A stretch of 18,390 bases of DNA, taken from a virus. Positions within the stretch are counted from its first letter, which is position 1, and the number at the start of each line of letters is the position of its first letter. The notes below the pieces were generated by a model that saw only the letters and a list, made by a program, of their open reading frames with translations, had not been told where the DNA came from and did not search any database. This document shows, in pieces, positions 16,294-18,390 of this stretch. The stretch lies in UHGV virus genome UHGV-1669119. The stretch is one strand, 5' to 3'. Both the position numbers and the translations under genes were made by a program.

Positions 16294-17688
16294 ATGCCCA
16301 AAGTTTTCACGCCTCGCCCCTACCAAGATCTAATTATCAACCACGAAATCGACATTCACCGCTGCAACATCTGGGCAGGGATGGGGATGGGTAAAACCGT
16401 AGCGACACTCACCACGCTGGAAGATCTTTTCATGGCGGGCTCAGAGACACAGCCCGCGCTGGTCCTCGCGCCCCTACGCGTTGCAGCAAGCACATGGCCG
16501 GATGAAGCGCTGAAATGGGGGCATCTGCGCAATATCGAGGTGCAGCCGATTGTTGGTAACGCCAAAGCACGCTCTGCAGCGCTGGCGAACAGCAACGCGA
16601 GCGTGTTCACCATCAACTACGATAACCTTGTCTGGCTGGTTGAGGAATTGGGAGAACGATGGCCGTTCGGTACTGTCATTCCAGATGAAAGCACCCGGCT
16701 AAAATCCTTCCGGCTGCGAGGTGGTGGTAAGCGCGCGGCGGCGCTGGGCAAAGTGGCGCATAAGTATGTCCAGCGCTGGATAAATCTCACCGGTACGCCA
16801 GCACCGAACGGCCTGGTAGATTTGTGGGGACAATTGTGGTTTGTGGACCAGGGGCAACGTCTCGGGCGCACTTACGGCGCGTTTACCTCACGCTGGTTCA
16901 ACTCGATACAGTTTCCGGGGCAGAGCTGGACCAAACTGGAGCCGTTTGCTCACTCACATGCTGAAATACAGCGAGCGTTAGCCGATGTGACCCTCTCGCT
17001 GGATGCGGCCGACTGGTTCGATATCAAAGACCCCATCCATAACGTAATCCGCGTGGATATGCCGCCGAAGGCCCGTCAGCAGTATCGTGAAATGGAAAAG
17101 GAAATGTTCCTCGAGCTGAACGGCGAAGGCATCGAAGCACCAAACGCCGCGGCAAAGACACTGAAGTGTCTGCAAATCGCCAGTGGCGCAGTATACACAG
17201 ACGACACCGGAAGTTGGTCAGAACTGCATGACACCAAACTACAAGCGCTGGACAGCATACTGACCGAAGCAGCTGGCGCACCTGTGCTGGTTGCTTATCA
17301 CTGGAAACACGATCTTGAACGCTTGCTTAAAGCATTCCCTCGCGGTCGTCACCTCGACCAAGATCCACAGACACTGCGCGACTGGAATTCCGGAAAGATT
17401 CCTGTTCTCTTTGCACACCCAGCCAGCGCGGGCCACGGTCTGAACATGCAGGACGGCGGAAACATACTGGTATTTTTCTCACACTGGTGGGACCTGGAGC
17501 AGTATCAGCAAATTATTGAACGTATCGGCCCCACCAGGCAGATACAGGCCGGACACAATCGTCCGGTATTTATTCACCACATTATTGCGGCCGACACTAT
17601 GGACGAAATGGTGATGGAGCGGCGCAACTCAAAACGAACAGTGCAGGACATCCTGCTCGATGCCATGAAAAAGAGAGGTATAGCATGA
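16294..17688 (+). CDS. SNF2-related DEAD/DEAH-box helicase (phage replication/recombination helicase)
   Basis: 464 aa; Walker A GMGKT, motif II VIPDESTRLK, helicase C-terminal motifs; commonly co-encoded with DUF2800, DUF2815, PolA and VRR-NUC. Confidence 0.8.
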   Translation: MPKVFTPRPYQDLIINHEIDIHRCNIWAGMGMGKTVATLTTLEDLFMAGSETQPALVLAPLRVAASTWPDEALKWGHLRNIEVQPIVGNAKARSAALANSNASVFTINYDNLVWLVEELGERWPFGTVIPDESTRLKSFRLRGGGKRAAALGKVAHKYVQRWINLTGTPAPNGLVDLWGQLWFVDQGQRLGRTYGAFTSRWFNSIQFPGQSWTKLEPFAHSHAEIQRALADVTLSLDAADWFDIKDPIHNVIRVDMPPKARQQYREMEKEMFLELNGEGIEAPNAAAKTLKCLQIASGAVYTDDTGSWSELHDTKLQALDSILTEAAGAPVLVAYHWKHDLERLLKAFPRGRHLDQDPQTLRDWNSGKIPVLFAHPASAGHGLNMQDGGNILVFFSHWWDLEQYQQIIERIGPTRQIQAGHNRPVFIHHIIAADTMDEMVMERRNSKRTVQDILLDAMKKRGIA

Positions 17689-17885
17689 GCGAGAAACCCG
17701 ACGATTTACTCACCCCAGATGAAGTATGCCAAAAGTTAGGTATTACACAGAAAACGCTATGTGAGTGGAATATTAAGCATCGTCATCGGGCTATCCTGGC
17801 ACCAATTCGTTTCAGTGCAAAAGTAGTTCGTTATGAGCGCCGAAATGTCGACGCTTTTATTCAAAAGTGTCGCAGCCAGTATTAA
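17685..17885 (+). CDS. AlpA/excisionase-like helix-turn-helix protein (66 aa)
   Basis: LLTPDEVCQKLGITQKTLCEWNIKHRH...APIRFSAKVVRYERRNVDAFI fits the small excisionase/AlpA HTH pattern; ATGA overlap with the helicase stop. Confidence 0.5.
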   Translation: MSEKPDDLLTPDEVCQKLGITQKTLCEWNIKHRHRAILAPIRFSAKVVRYERRNVDAFIQKCRSQY

Positions 17886-18348
17886 CCTCGCCGCCGTAGC
17901 AATGCAACCTGCGCAAGTATGCTCCGCTCGTGAGCCTCGAAAGCTTCGCGCTTTAACGCAATCTCTTCCTGTAAAATCTCATCAGAAAAGTCGTAATGTT
18001 CTGCCATCGGGTCATCTGACTTGCTGGAGTGGTGAAGGCAAAGGAGGCTGATTTCCCTTCGGTCTGATCGGGAATAGCCTCTTTCCTTCATCAAGGCAAT
18101 AACATTGCTCTTAAGGAATTTACGGCACATCGTATTAAATGCACCGTCTTTCCCTTTAACAGTCCCATCATGTTTTATTCCTTTTACAGCCCCGTCCGGG
18201 CTGTATGTTTTCACCAGCTTATCCAGTGATCGTTTTGAAAATGGCTGCATTGGATCACGTGGCTGCAAAAATACATAATCCCTGTTGCACTCAGGAACTG
18301 AATCACGCCAGGCTTTCTGCTCGTCGATAATCCGCCGGATCTCAGGCG
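17882..18348 (-). CDS. 5'-truncated ORF (C-terminal 155 codons), possible tyrosine recombinase C-terminal region
   Basis: Minus-strand frame is open from the adapter junction to the stop at 17882-17884 (the track start at 18268 is an internal TTG). Segment ...LLCLHHSSKSDDPMAEHY resembles the LLGHxS...Y region of phage integrases, but the upstream HxxR box is not clear. Confidence 0.35.
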
Positions 18349-18390
18349 CTGTCTCTTATACACATCTCCGAGCCCACGAGACGTAGAGGA
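18349..18390. other. Illumina Nextera transposase adapter read-through (CTGTCTCTTATACACATCTCCGAGCCCACGAGAC) plus 8-nt i7 index GTAGAGGA; not biological sequence
   Basis: Exact 34-nt match to the Nextera read-1 3' adapter at 18349-18382, followed by GTAGAGGA, which matches the i7 index I recall as N712. Confidence 0.9.

Overview
This window is a prophage segment of a lambdoid-type temperate siphovirus from an enterobacterial host; product calls rest on motifs I recognise by eye, since no database search was possible. On the minus strand, right to left, it carries a cro-like gene, a P4-alpha-like primase/helicase, an iteron-rich origin-like region, antiterminator Q, a lysis cassette (holin, lambda R-like endolysin, Rz with embedded Rz1) and the terminase small and large subunits. 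On the plus strand it carries a CI-like repressor followed by an early-left operon: small proteins, a DUF2800 nuclease, DUF2815, family A DNA polymerase, an ANR-like protein, two DNA methyltransferases, VRR-NUC, an SNF2-type helicase and an excisionase-like protein. The most notable points are: (1) the cytosine-5 methyltransferase has its middle ~456 nt in a different reading frame from both ends; (2) two low-GC islands carry unknown genes on the opposite strand inside the replication operon; (3) an origin-like cluster of nine 10-bp iterons with a DnaA box and a (TA)n tract; (4) Illumina Nextera adapter sequence at the right end, and possibly the left end, so the window is a whole contig whose terminal genes are artificially truncated. 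No tRNA, rRNA or CRISPR array was seen.
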